Below are positions 1-9,754 of a stretch of 64,000 bases of DNA, piece by piece. A model generated the notes under the pieces. The model made no database searches and had not been told where the DNA came from. It saw only the letters and a list, made by a program, of their open reading frames with translations. Each line of letters begins with the position of its first letter. The first letter of the stretch is position 1. The stretch lies in IMG/VR virus record IMGVR_UViG_3300035428_000130, positions 1 through 64,000 of that record. One strand, 5' to 3'. The DNA comes from a virus (Duplodnaviria > Caudoviricetes). Made by a program: the position numbers and the translations under genes.

Positions 1-47
1 CCGTGGACGGCTATGTGCTGGATGGGACATAACATTAAAGATATTTT

Positions 48-1655
48 TTAGTCGATCTTGCCAACATAGCGATAATAGATTTCGATGTCCTGCTCCTTTG
101 TGCCGTCTTCGTGTTTTACAGCTTCGTGGATTACAATTTTCTCAATCAGATTATTGAGAAGTCCAGTATTTAATTCATCGAAAGATGATGCACTTTTGAT
201 AAGCTTAATCCATTTACCTATACTATCTATTCGCTGTTTTTCGCTTTCAATTTCACTGGATAACTCAGTAATTTTGGATTCAAGCTCACATTGCTCTTCT
301 TGGTATTTCTGTGTAAGCATAGCAAAATTGCGCTCACTAACAGTCCCAGCAATACGATCTTCATAAAGTTTCGACAGCATATTATCCAGCTTGCTTAATC
401 GTTGTTGTGCGGCCCGCAGACCATCAGCAGCTCGTTTTTTGTTTGCTCGCTCATTGGTGTCATTTTGCTGCATAAGACGAGCAATGGTAGCCTGTTCGTC
501 CCGTTGAACGATATCCACCCAAGATCGCAATCTTTGGAGCACATAGGCATACAGTACATCATAGCGGGTATAGTGTGAGGTACATTGGTTTACATGCTCA
601 ACACTCTTACGGCACCGATAATACGCATATGGTTTCTTGTTTTGCCGATTTACATTATACGATAAACCACATCCACAATCCGCACAACGCAGAAGTCCGG
701 CAAAGATTTGATTTGTACCGTTCTTGCGAGGCCGTCTGCGTTGCTCAATAAGCTTTTGTACCCGCTGAAATACTTCTTCAGACACAATTGGATCATGCGT
801 GTTTTCGATAATGAGCCATTTATCAGCACTGGTCTTGATGCGCTTTTTGCTTTTGAAGGAAACCTTTGTTTGTTGGTAATGTACGCTATGACCGAGATAT
901 ACTTGGTCGCTAAGGATTTTCTTTACCTGCCCAAGTCCCCAATCATACTTTTTGTTTTCTGGCTTTCCTTCAAAAATGTGCGCCCAGGTGCCGTATCTTT
1001 GAAAATTAAGCCATGCTGGAGTAGGAATTTTTTCGTTTACCAAAATACGCTGAATTTTAGATGGGCCGTCCCCAGCTAATGCAAGGTTGTAAATTTTCTC
1101 GACAATCCAGCGTGTTTCATTGTCGATGAGTAAATGGCATTTGTTATCAGGATCTTTCTTATAGCCAATAGGTGCGTGAGTAAAAACATGATCTCCTGCA
1201 AGGTATTTTGCTCGAAATACAGCTTTGATTTTACGGCTGGTGTCTTTTGCAAACCATTCATTAAACAGGTTTTTTATTGGAACAAAATCTGAAAGGCCAT
1301 GCTCTGAGTCTTCGTTATCAGTGACAGCGATAAACCGTACCCCCTTTTCAGGGAACACATATTCTAAATAGAAGTCCATCTGAACATGTTCACGGCCAAA
1401 GCGAGATAGATCTTTGACTATGACACAGTTGACCTTGCCATCACTAATGTCGTTCATCATGCGCTCAAAATTTGGGCGATCAAAGTTTGTCCCTGTCCAA
1501 CCGTCATCCACATATTCATCGACAACAGGGAATCCATGTTCTATAACGAACTGACTGAGGATGTTACGTTGTGTTTCAATGCTTACGCTATCGCCAAATT
1601 GTTCATCGTCTTTGCTTAGCCTCATATAGAGAGCAGCATTGTATGACTGCTTCAC
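48..1655 (-). CDS. Large serine recombinase (integrase) with recombinase, Zn-ribbon and C-terminal DUF4368-like regions
   Basis: YMRLS catalytic motif, DLSRFGR, CADC...C...C Zn ribbon, coiled coil, C-terminal IEIYYRYVG. Confidence 0.93.
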   Translation of the reverse strand: MKQSYNAALYMRLSKDDEQFGDSVSIETQRNILSQFVIEHGFPVVDEYVDDGWTGTNFDRPNFERMMNDISDGKVNCVIVKDLSRFGREHVQMDFYLEYVFPEKGVRFIAVTDNEDSEHGLSDFVPIKNLFNEWFAKDTSRKIKAVFRAKYLAGDHVFTHAPIGYKKDPDNKCHLLIDNETRWIVEKIYNLALAGDGPSKIQRILVNEKIPTPAWLNFQRYGTWAHIFEGKPENKKYDWGLGQVKKILSDQVYLGHSVHYQQTKVSFKSKKRIKTSADKWLIIENTHDPIVSEEVFQRVQKLIEQRRRPRKNGTNQIFAGLLRCADCGCGLSYNVNRQNKKPYAYYRCRKSVEHVNQCTSHYTRYDVLYAYVLQRLRSWVDIVQRDEQATIARLMQQNDTNERANKKRAADGLRAAQQRLSKLDNMLSKLYEDRIAGTVSERNFAMLTQKYQEEQCELESKITELSSEIESEKQRIDSIGKWIKLIKSASSFDELNTGLLNNLIEKIVIHEAVKHEDGTKEQDIEIYYRYVGKID

Positions 1656-1676
1656 AATTAACCTCCTTTTAGAAGC

Positions 1677-1732
1677 AGCCCCACATTATGATACCCTTAC
1701 TGATGTAGTAATTATATCATAAACGTGGGGCT
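1677..1732 (-). promoter_or_regulatory. Long inverted repeat upstream of the integrase (probable regulatory hairpin)
   Basis: AGCCCCACATTATGATA ... TATCATAAACGTGGGGCT; contains a TATAAT on the - strand. Confidence 0.55.
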
Positions 1733-1742
1733 ACAGCAACTA

Positions 1743-1934
1743 TTAAGCTACGCTTTCTTTTAATTCCTGCGCTCGCTTTAAGATTATTTCGTCCAAAATT
1801 TCGCTGAAAGTTTTTCCTTTTTCTGCGAAGTGTTCAGTTACATTCAAACGGGTTTTTCCATATACAAAATGCTTTTTCCCGTCTTCGTCAGTGGTGAACT
1901 CACCACGCATTGTTGGTTTTAAGCAATCGTCCAT
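1743..1934 (-). CDS. Small TnpW-like protein, candidate recombination directionality factor
   Basis: 63 aa, YGKTRLNVTEHFAEKGKTFSEIL pattern, directly upstream of the integrase. Confidence 0.5.
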   Translation of the reverse strand: MDDCLKPTMRGEFTTDEDGKKHFVYGKTRLNVTEHFAEKGKTFSEILDEIILKRAQELKESVA

Positions 1935-1938
1935 AGAT

Positions 1939-2283
1939 TTACCCCTCTCTATCTACCCGCTCTACCTCTGCCCTGCTAACTCCATCAAAGATTTGAATAT
2001 CAATAGGAGACATCAACATGGGCCGAAGTATGCAATCACGAAGCTCAGGCCAATTTTCTTTCCATGTAAGATCTTCCTGAACACCGATAATATGTGCTTT
2101 ATAGCCTCTCATATTTTCGCTTAGTCCCTTAATACAATGGATAGAAAATCCATCATCATAGAACGTCCATCGGCTCTTTTGCTTTATAATCGTTCCCAGT
2201 CTAACATTGTAAAACTTGCGAAGATAGTCGGCCAAAGCATCTTCATCTTTATAAAACAGAATAACTTCACATCTCAACAGCAA
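1939..2283 (-). CDS. Hypothetical protein
   Basis: ORF packed into the operon; start uncertain. Confidence 0.55.
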   Translation of the reverse strand: MLLRCEVILFYKDEDALADYLRKFYNVRLGTIIKQKSRWTFYDDGFSIHCIKGLSENMRGYKAHIIGVQEDLTWKENWPELRDCILRPMLMSPIDIQIFDGVSRAEVERVDREG

Positions 2284-2291
2284 TCCTCCTA

Positions 2292-2951
2292 TTAGTCTTC
2301 CTTATCTTCCTCAGCCTTTGGAGCGTAGACACATTCACTTGTTCCGTCATCATTGATAACCAAGGCACACAACGATCCGCCATAGTAACAGGCTGAGTCA
2401 ATGCAGATATCTCCTGTAGGTACGGCGTAGGCCAATCCATCCCTATTGGGAGTATGTCCGAATACAACCTGCTTTTCTCTGGGTTCAGTATCCTTCAACC
2501 ATTCTCGACTCCATAAAATGTCGAACTCAGTATTGTCCTTTAACTGAGGCTTTGCAAGGCCAGCATGACAAAAGATGATTTCTGGCGTGTCATAAACCAG
2601 TGGTAGGTTTTTGAACCACGAAATACTATTCGCAATATCAATACCAGCTCTTTCATAGCTGTAAATTGTTGCATATCCACCGTTTTGCATCCAAAGAGGA
2701 TCTTCTGTTCCGCCAGCATCAATAGCCATTTGCTCATGATTGCCTCTGAGACAAATACACTTATCTTTGCCGACCTGATGCTGGAGGTGTTTTATAAATT
2801 CGACAACTTCACAGCTAAATGGGCCACGATCTATGTAGTCACCAACAAAGACTAAAATATCAGTGGCGCTCGTATAATTCACCTTCACCAGAAGGTTTTT
2901 TAGGGTATGAAAACAGCCGTGAATATCTCCAATTGCAATTAGTCTATCCAT
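2292..2951 (-). CDS. Calcineurin-like metallophosphoesterase (Ser/Thr phosphatase family)
   Basis: GDIHG, GDYIDRG, GNHE, HAG, GHTP motifs. Confidence 0.92.
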   Translation of the reverse strand: MDRLIAIGDIHGCFHTLKNLLVKVNYTSATDILVFVGDYIDRGPFSCEVVEFIKHLQHQVGKDKCICLRGNHEQMAIDAGGTEDPLWMQNGGYATIYSYERAGIDIANSISWFKNLPLVYDTPEIIFCHAGLAKPQLKDNTEFDILWSREWLKDTEPREKQVVFGHTPNRDGLAYAVPTGDICIDSACYYGGSLCALVINDDGTSECVYAPKAEEDKED

Positions 2952-3225
2952 GTTTTTACTCCAAATATTTGTTTGGGCGACGTTGGTAGTATCTTAGTAA
3001 CTTTGATATTGTGCATTTCCAGCTCCTCACATAAAGCTACCGCCATAGCTGAACCCATCAAAACATCTACCTCTTTAACCAAAGGTGCAATTAGGGTAGA
3101 GTTGTTTCCCAGTGCAGTTTCTTGAACAAAGACCTGCTGAACTATTGCTCCGGCAGAGCCAGAAAAGGCACAGCACTTATTGTCTTCGATAATTGTGCAA
3201 CCATTGATGTCTGGAATTATAAGCA

Positions 3226-3486
3226 TTACACTACACACCCTTTCAAATTGACAACTTGGTCAAGATAGAAGAACTCAGTATGACTACCAACATCAAACTT
3301 GGTCATCTGCTGACCTTTGCATTCGGTATGCCAAATTCTTGTATAGTAGATTTTGAAATTTCGAGCGTCACAGAACTTCTTGATTTCTTTTTCTGCCGCC
3401 TCCAGATATTCTTTATCTGTCATGCCACTATCAAATTCGGCTACTACTCGCATTTCACCATGAGAATTTTTGAAATAGAGTGTCAT
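3226..3486 (-). CDS. Hypothetical phage protein
   Basis: ORF with RBS-like upstream sequence; FDVGSHTEFF. Confidence 0.6.
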   Translation of the reverse strand: MTLYFKNSHGEMRVVAEFDSGMTDKEYLEAAEKEIKKFCDARNFKIYYTRIWHTECKGQQMTKFDVGSHTEFFYLDQVVNLKGCVV

Positions 3487-3506
3487 GTATTTATCTCACC
3501 ATCCTT

Positions 3507-3734
3507 CTATGGCTGCTGGATATCTGCTCCAGCTTCAATTAGTTTTTTGAGATTAAGAAGAGCTTCTAATACATTCTTGTTATATAAGCCAAGCTCATAC
3601 TGCCAGCCGCTTGTCGCTGGTTTGAGAGGATTGTTATACGAAAGCTGATCCTCATAGATCTGTCTCACCTGCGCGATTTCCTCATCTGTAATCGCTCTAA
3701 TATCGGTGCAAATTTTCAAAATCTTGTTTTCCAT
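3507..3734 (-). CDS. Hypothetical protein
   Basis: GGAGG RBS, packed ORF. Confidence 0.6.
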   Translation of the reverse strand: MENKILKICTDIRAITDEEIAQVRQIYEDQLSYNNPLKPATSGWQYELGLYNKNVLEALLNLKKLIEAGADIQQP

Positions 3735-3746
3735 TGTTCCTCCGTA

Positions 3747-4217
3747 TTATGCCGCCGCTGGAGCGAGCTGATAAATTGTCACATTCATATCTTTGAAGTA
3801 AGTCTCTATCATTTGTGAAACAATCGCCCAGTCTCCATTTGCCAATCCACAGCCAAAGCCATATGGGAAAGCCAAAGATTTTCCAGCATATTTATTGCGG
3901 ATTTCATTAAAAGCGTTCGTCAAAGCAACGTAATCAGTATACTTTTTGTATGGATTGCGGCCATAGTCAAGCTGCCCAAAAATGTTCGCAACATGTTTAC
4001 CAGGTTCGACTTCAACCATTTGAACCCTACCTAATAGGTCTTGCGGCCTACCAAAAGATTCTGTTTGGCAAAACCATTGGTATTCATTTTTTACAGCAGG
4101 CCAGCGCTGATATAGTGCCTTTGCAACGCCCGCTCCCATTACTCCCTGACAATTTACTTGATGACAAATGATGTCTTCAGTAGCGTCAAGAATATTCCCA
4201 TAAACTGTTTTAATCAT
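3747..4217 (-). CDS. Macro domain protein (ADP-ribose binding/hydrolase)
   Basis: GNIL...ICHQVNCQGVMGAGVA and AFPYGFGCGLANGDW motifs. Confidence 0.9.
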   Translation of the reverse strand: MIKTVYGNILDATEDIICHQVNCQGVMGAGVAKALYQRWPAVKNEYQWFCQTESFGRPQDLLGRVQMVEVEPGKHVANIFGQLDYGRNPYKKYTDYVALTNAFNEIRNKYAGKSLAFPYGFGCGLANGDWAIVSQMIETYFKDMNVTIYQLAPAAA

Positions 4218-4761
4218 TAGGCCAGTCCTTTTTTAGCTCATCGGGAATAAGAATTACAGTCTTACTATCCCAATAGCAACAGTATTCTTCATACTTCTTA
4301 TTCCACTCTTCCGCAAACTTCTTAAATTCTTTATAGGCTTCATCGCAGAAATGAACACCCTCACAATCCAGCTCTTCTTCTAAATGCTCCAAAATGCTAC
4401 CTGGTTCAAGGCGCATATAAACACGGGTTGTACCATAGCAGTAGGTTGGTAAATCCTTAACGGCTATTCCTTCATCTGCAAGATGTTCCAGAAGATCATC
4501 CACAGATCCATAGTAATTGTCATTCCAATAGACCATGTTTCCAGGATTCGCCGCTTCATACTCTTCGACAGACATTTTAGCAGCCTTATCAAATCGGGCT
4601 TTTTCCTGACAGCTCTCACATTTTAATATGTATCTTGGGGTTTCTACTCCGCAAACCTCACAATGATACTGCTTACAGCAGATATCAGCAGCGTATTTAC
4701 TGGTATAAAGTGTGCCGCACTTATCACAAGCCCATATCCCAATGTTTTTCTTTGTCGCCAC
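4210..4761 (-). CDS. Cys-rich (Zn-finger) hypothetical protein
   Basis: Three CxxC pairs in the N-terminal part. Confidence 0.6.
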   Translation of the reverse strand: MATKKNIGIWACDKCGTLYTSKYAADICCKQYHCEVCGVETPRYILKCESCQEKARFDKAAKMSVEEYEAANPGNMVYWNDNYYGSVDDLLEHLADEGIAVKDLPTYCYGTTRVYMRLEPGSILEHLEEELDCEGVHFCDEAYKEFKKFAEEWNKKYEEYCCYWDSKTVILIPDELKKDWPND

Positions 4762-4928
4762 TTTAACACCTCTTAATCATCATCAGAATCAAAATAAGTA
4801 CCATATGACCAATGTTCTCCATATCCGCATTGGCACCTAAATACGTACTCTACAATATAACCCTCTTCATACCATACTCTTGGATGAGTTGGGCATCCAC
4901 ATTTAGGACAAACTCTTGGAGGACTCAT

Positions 4929-5508
4929 CTAAATTTCCTTTTCTCTAAATTGCTTCAGTTCTTCCAGCCACGTTGCCAATTGCAAATGCTCTTCGGCACA
5001 TTCACTGCATCCCAATTTTTTAGCAACATCATGACAATGCTCAATTGCTTCTGATAATGTCATTTTTGCCATAGGCTCACTCCTAAAAATGACCACCATA
5101 CTTGGAAATGGTGCAGAGTTCTTTCCATCTCCAAATTTCAACCGTCCACGAATGAAGCGGATTTCTACATTTGGCTTCTGGTATATGTAGTCGTGGAAGT
5201 AGCTGGTATCGGTTCTGGCTGGAATCAATAACACAATTGTTGTTCCAGGTTTCTTTGCTTCTTCCGAGCATTTCTTTACCCAGTCTTTTACCGCTCTGCC
5301 ATATGGCGGATTGCAGAAGACGGTCTGCCCCCCCCCAGCACTGTTCAAGTCCATTATCCTCTTCTGTAAAATACTTTTCACATTTATGGTTGAACTCGTC
5401 GGCACAGGGGTCAAGGGTAAAGTGAAACTCATCATCCAATTTGTCAAAGAAATTCTGTGGTGTCGCCCACTCCATTGATTTTGACGAAAACATTACTTCA
5501 AGATTGAT
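4929..5508 (-). pseudogene. Phage Dam-type N6-adenine MTase, frameshifted (OFF) at a G9 tract
   Basis: EWATPQ...LDPCA in one frame and NPPY...IPARTDT...GRLKF in another; G8 instead of G9 at 5328-5336 gives WGGQTVFCNPPY. Confidence 0.88.
5328..5336 (-). repeat. G9 tract (coding strand), OFF state of the Dam-type MTase
   Basis: C9 on the + strand at the frameshift point. Confidence 0.85.
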
Positions 5509-5531
5509 TACGCTTCACCTCATAATTTGAT

Positions 5532-6359
5532 TTACACCCAAGCTGCTTTTGCTGTATTCAGCATAAGCATTGCTCTTGTCATCGGGCCAACGCCACCAGG
5601 AACTGGAGTATATGCGGAAGTCTTTTTATAAACGTCAGGATCGCAGTCTCCACACAGCTTCCCATTAAGATTTCTGTTCATACCTACATCAATAACAACC
5701 GTACCCTCTCTTACTGCGTTTGGCCTAATAATTTCAGCCCTACCTACGGCAGAGATTAAAATATCAGCAGTCCTACAGATATCAATTAGTTTCCTTGTAT
5801 GTGAATGACATACTGTAACAGTAGCATCATTTTGAAGAGCCAGCATTGTCATCGGTTTTCCTACGATATTAGATCTTCCAACAATTACACAATGTTTGCC
5901 CGATAGACAAATACCATAATATTTCAAAAGCTCTACAATACCACCAGGAGTACATGGAAGAAAGTGTGGGTTTCCTTGGAGCAAAAGGCCGATGTTGTGT
6001 GGGGTAAAACAGTCTACATCTTTGCCAGGAGAAATTGCATTAACCACACGTTTTGGATCAATATGCTTAGGTAATGGCATTTGAACCAAAATCCCATCAA
6101 CGTGTGAATCGAACGAAAGAGTAGAAACCAGATCTACAATCTTTCTTTCCGATGTATCTTCGTCAAGAAGGTATTCTTTGCTAATGAATCCACATTGTTC
6201 ACAATCAGCTTCCTTGTTTCTAACATAAATCTGAGAAGCAGAATCATTACCAACTAACACAACAGCCAGACAAGGCCGACGCCTCTCACTTTCTGTCTTC
6301 AATGCAAGCTCTTCCTTAATTTCATTAGCCACTCTTTTGCCATCTAAAACAATTGCCAT
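5532..6359 (-). CDS. folD: Methylene-THF dehydrogenase/cyclohydrolase
   Basis: YVRNK, ILVQMPLP, KDVD, PCTP, VGRSNIVGKP, TPVPGGVGPMT. Confidence 0.95.
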   Translation of the reverse strand: MAIVLDGKRVANEIKEELALKTESERRRPCLAVVLVGNDSASQIYVRNKEADCEQCGFISKEYLLDEDTSERKIVDLVSTLSFDSHVDGILVQMPLPKHIDPKRVVNAISPGKDVDCFTPHNIGLLLQGNPHFLPCTPGGIVELLKYYGICLSGKHCVIVGRSNIVGKPMTMLALQNDATVTVCHSHTRKLIDICRTADILISAVGRAEIIRPNAVREGTVVIDVGMNRNLNGKLCGDCDPDVYKKTSAYTPVPGGVGPMTRAMLMLNTAKAAWV

Positions 6360-6370
6360 ATTTACCTCTC

Positions 6371-6742
6371 TCACAGCTTTTTGTGCATGGTGTACCTTTT
6401 CACACGCACATCAAGTTTCTTTTCTTTGGCGACTTTTATCATATGCTTGGTTCCAGGAGAATTGCCGTCCCAAAAAGCTACAAGCGCATCAGCGTATTCC
6501 GCCATTTGCACATTGCGTTTGTAGCCAGCAGATTTACCAAATGTATCCCAGTCTGCTGGCATATACCTAATACGGTAGCCATGTTCTTTTGCATACTGTT
6601 CTCCTAAACGATCAGCTCCACGGGCCATTCCGCACACAATTTCAATATCGTCTATAACGTTTTTCAAAAGGTAGTCGAGACTGGCAGCAAGCCCTTTATA
6701 ATTATTGAAGTCCCTACCACCAGCCACGATCACCTTGAACAT
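6371..6742 (-). CDS. SLOG/DUF2493-like protein
   Basis: VAGGRDF, GMARGAD, AGYKRNVQMA, FWDGNSPGTKHMI. Confidence 0.8.
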   Translation of the reverse strand: MFKVIVAGGRDFNNYKGLAASLDYLLKNVIDDIEIVCGMARGADRLGEQYAKEHGYRIRYMPADWDTFGKSAGYKRNVQMAEYADALVAFWDGNSPGTKHMIKVAKEKKLDVRVKRYTMHKKL

Positions 6743-7204
6743 AAATCAATTCTTTGATGGTGCTACTGAAGGAATTCTCGCAAGTCCTGTACCGTGACAA
6801 ACTTCACACCTTCGCCAATCAGTCGGATCATTGGGATCTGGTCTATCATCTTCGGCACAGGCTCGGCTTCTCAAAACCTTGCCCTCACCACCACACGCCT
6901 CACATGCCGTATTAATTCTTCGCAATTCGGTAAGGCTTCTTTTATATGGTGCAATTTGAGCGGCAAATTCACCTTCCATTTTTGAAATCTGATGTTCTAT
7001 CTCACGAATTGCCGGAACTAAATTCAAGGTATTAGAAGTAGCTTTCATCTTCAAATCCTTCCTCGCATCCTTTACAAAGAGACTCAGGATAATCACCAGT
7101 TCCACACTGCGTCCAATATCCGCACTCACATTGAATATCGCACACATCTCCGCATTGAGTGACTGTGATTGTAGCTCCACAACGACCAACACAACAATAA
7201 TCCA

Positions 7205-7996
7205 TTATGCGGTTTCCTCCAATCTTTGGGCTGCTACATCAGCCCAAGCCATACCGAAATATCGGCTCTTTTTATTATCGCAAATGCCGTTATCCATGCC
7301 TATGTAGTGACGGCCCTCCAGTTTGGCGGCAATTAAAGTTGCTCCACTGCCACAACAGTTGTCCAGCACTACCCCCCCCTGGTCGGTGTATGTACGAATG
7401 GCATAACGACATAGTTCAACGGGCTTTTCGGTAGAACTGATTGCTATTGACGGATGAGGCTTGGGGAATTCCCAAATAGAGGTTGGATGCTTTAAGTCGC
7501 CTGGGGTTTCCACAACTTTATAAGCTCCATAGACTCTATTGTTAGAAATATCTTCTGCCTGACTTCCTATGGCCTTGCCCTTACTATGGTTTGGAGCGCC
7601 TTTAACCATCTGAGGATGATAGATTGGCTGCTTCTTATAAAAAACCATGATATCTTCATGTTCACGCAAAGGCATACGATTGGCGTTAAGAAAGCCACTC
7701 TTTAACACCTTTCGCCAGATGATGTTATAACGATGGAGTTTTTCATTTGACAACATCATTTTTGCAGTAAACTTATCTTGACCAAAAAGGAGAATTGCGC
7801 CATTTGGTTTGATGATTCTTTCATATTGCTCCCAAAGCTTATCTGGAGGAATTACAACATCCCAAGGATTTTTTGTAACTCCGTAGGGCAAATCACAAAG
7901 AATCATGTCAATAGACGCATCTGGAATTAGGGCCATACCATCGAGGCAGTCGATATTATGAACGCTATCTATCTCAATTGTCTTTGGCACTAACAT
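7205..7996 (-). CDS. Beta-class N4-C/N6-A DNA methyltransferase (in frame, internal G8)
   Basis: DLPY catalytic motif, HEDI, TEKP, LDNCCGSG SAM motif. Confidence 0.9.
   Translation of the reverse strand: MLVPKTIEIDSVHNIDCLDGMALIPDASIDMILCDLPYGVTKNPWDVVIPPDKLWEQYERIIKPNGAILLFGQDKFTAKMMLSNEKLHRYNIIWRKVLKSGFLNANRMPLREHEDIMVFYKKQPIYHPQMVKGAPNHSKGKAIGSQAEDISNNRVYGAYKVVETPGDLKHPTSIWEFPKPHPSIAISSTEKPVELCRYAIRTYTDQGGVVLDNCCGSGATLIAAKLEGRHYIGMDNGICDNKKSRYFGMAWADVAAQRLEETA
7372..7379 (-). repeat. G8 tract in MTase (ON)
   Basis: CAG GGG GGG GTA = QGGV. Confidence 0.75.
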
Positions 7997-8166
7997 GACT
8001 CCAATCAAATATAGTCTTACATATCTCGCTGTCCGCAAACATACCAGCCAAGAGTGGCACAGCGCACTCATGCCCAAAGTCACACCACCATGCGCACTCT
8101 GGCTGACATTTAGTATTGCGGATTGGACAAAGCTTTTCTTTGTACTCGTCCATTATCCGCCTCCAA

Positions 8167-8183
8167 ATGAATTAGTTAATCTC
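8167..8183. promoter_or_regulatory. Repeated AT-rich motif, copy 1
   Basis: ATGAATTAGTTAATCTC. Confidence 0.6.
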
Positions 8184-8184
8184 T

Positions 8185-9252
8185 TTAGGCCGCTTTTTTA
8201 CTTCCAAATTCGATTACATGCTGTCCGTCAGTCGATCCCATCCCGCCATTGCGAACACCGCTCGCTGTATCAGAATAAGCCAACCCATACGGGAGGAAGA
8301 TTCCTTGCATGAAAGCATCGCCAGCCTTTACCGTGACAGTCTTTTCTTTGCCATCATTCGTGATTTTGGCAAAAATATGTCCCTCATTGTCTGAGTTATA
8401 ATAATCGCTGTCAATTACGCCAATAGTATTGTCGAGTTGGACACGATATTTAAACCCAAGTCCACTTCTGGGAACACAGGCCAGCCACCAACCATCAGAA
8501 ATCTTCACACGAATACCAGTCGGAAGTTTGATTGATTCTCCAGGAGCAAGCGTAAAGTCAAATGGCGCTCTGAAATCATAACCAGCGGAACCACTGGTTG
8601 ATCTGGTAGGCAGTTCAAGCGCATGATACATCTGGGTAATACACCTCAACATAGCTTCGTCCGTAGCAGGGACAAAGGGCTTGATATTGTTATAGAACTC
8701 TTCAAAGCCTACTTTCTCAAAAGCGCCTATACGCTGGACTCTCTTTGCACCCCCCTCTTTGGCCTCAGTCAATCGAGTGCGCCGCCAGTAATTCTTCATC
8801 TTATAAGCAGGATTGTCGGTAACATCCTGAACGAAAAACGGAAGAGGACTGAAATTTTGTGCGGCCTCAACGTCTGGGAACTCGATCTCTGCATACATAA
8901 ACTCTGTATTGCTTCCCTTATCAACAAGGGAGCATTCCAGCTCCAGTTCGTCGGGGAGCTGGTAGATGCGAAAATCTTTCAGAACAAAAGGATGCTCAAC
9001 GGTTTCAGCCAGGGCATAAAATTGTTCCTTGGAAATATGCAACTCAACTTCCTGCCGCACCAACTTACCGCCAGACTTAATGGCAAGGAAATATGCTACA
9101 TCTTGCCCTTGTACCACATTGCGGCGAATTCTTACTTCTGGATCAATGGACAGATAAGCTTGATATACCTGGAATTCCTCTTTCAGAGGAAGATCGGTTG
9201 GAAACGAATTGATAAGAAACTTGCGTTCAATTTCCATAAAATTACTTTGCAT
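8185..9252 (-). CDS. dut: CYTH-domain / trimeric dUTPase fusion
   Basis: EIERKF...EIEF (CYTH), then SAGYDF, PRSGLG, GVIDSDY, RNGGMGST (dUTPase). Confidence 0.88.
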   Translation of the reverse strand: MQSNFMEIERKFLINSFPTDLPLKEEFQVYQAYLSIDPEVRIRRNVVQGQDVAYFLAIKSGGKLVRQEVELHISKEQFYALAETVEHPFVLKDFRIYQLPDELELECSLVDKGSNTEFMYAEIEFPDVEAAQNFSPLPFFVQDVTDNPAYKMKNYWRRTRLTEAKEGGAKRVQRIGAFEKVGFEEFYNNIKPFVPATDEAMLRCITQMYHALELPTRSTSGSAGYDFRAPFDFTLAPGESIKLPTGIRVKISDGWWLACVPRSGLGFKYRVQLDNTIGVIDSDYYNSDNEGHIFAKITNDGKEKTVTVKAGDAFMQGIFLPYGLAYSDTASGVRNGGMGSTDGQHVIEFGSKKAA

Positions 9253-9754
9253 AGGCGTTCTCCCACAATACTATATTTCCACATTGAAGTGACTGCTGCA
9301 CATCAATGATTCTTTGATTACGGCTTCCTTTATAAGAAAGTGTCATGTCTCTTTGCTCCAACACAAACCTACCATCGACAAGCACGTCACATTCACTCAA
9401 AAGCTCTAACATTTCACTGTTTTCCAGTATTTCTCCATAGGTAAAACCTGAGTAAATCCATACTGTGACATTCTTATTGGTCTGCCGCAAAGCCTTTATA
9501 AACGGCGTTATTTTGCTTGCACTATACATAGGATCGCCACCGCTTAGTGTAAGACCTGAAATAAACGGAGTTTTGTTAATATAGGCTATGATTTCATTTT
9601 GGAGCTGTTCAGTAAATGGTTGCCCCACAGTAAAAGAGTGGGAGGTGGGGTTGTGGCATCCCTTGCAATTATGTAAGCATCCACTTACATAAATCACAAC
9701 CCGTACCCCCTCACCATCAGCAACCGATTCAAAGTTGATTCCGGCTACGTTCAA
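9242..9754 (-). CDS. nrdG: Anaerobic RNR activating enzyme
   Basis: CLHNCKGC, LSGGDP, GSRNQR. Confidence 0.95.
   Translation of the reverse strand: MNVAGINFESVADGEGVRVVIYVSGCLHNCKGCHNPTSHSFTVGQPFTEQLQNEIIAYINKTPFISGLTLSGGDPMYSASKITPFIKALRQTNKNVTVWIYSGFTYGEILENSEMLELLSECDVLVDGRFVLEQRDMTLSYKGSRNQRIIDVQQSLQCGNIVLWENAYAK

Noticed and set aside
9-20. 12-nt GGCTATGTGCTG shared with the sequence just upstream of the TR (- strand, about 51476-51487)
   Set aside because: A single short match with no supporting context; compatible with chance.
8750-8755. G6 run at the CYTH-dUTPase junction as a phase-variation tract
   Set aside because: It is too short and in frame; more likely Gly codons or an SD-like sequence.
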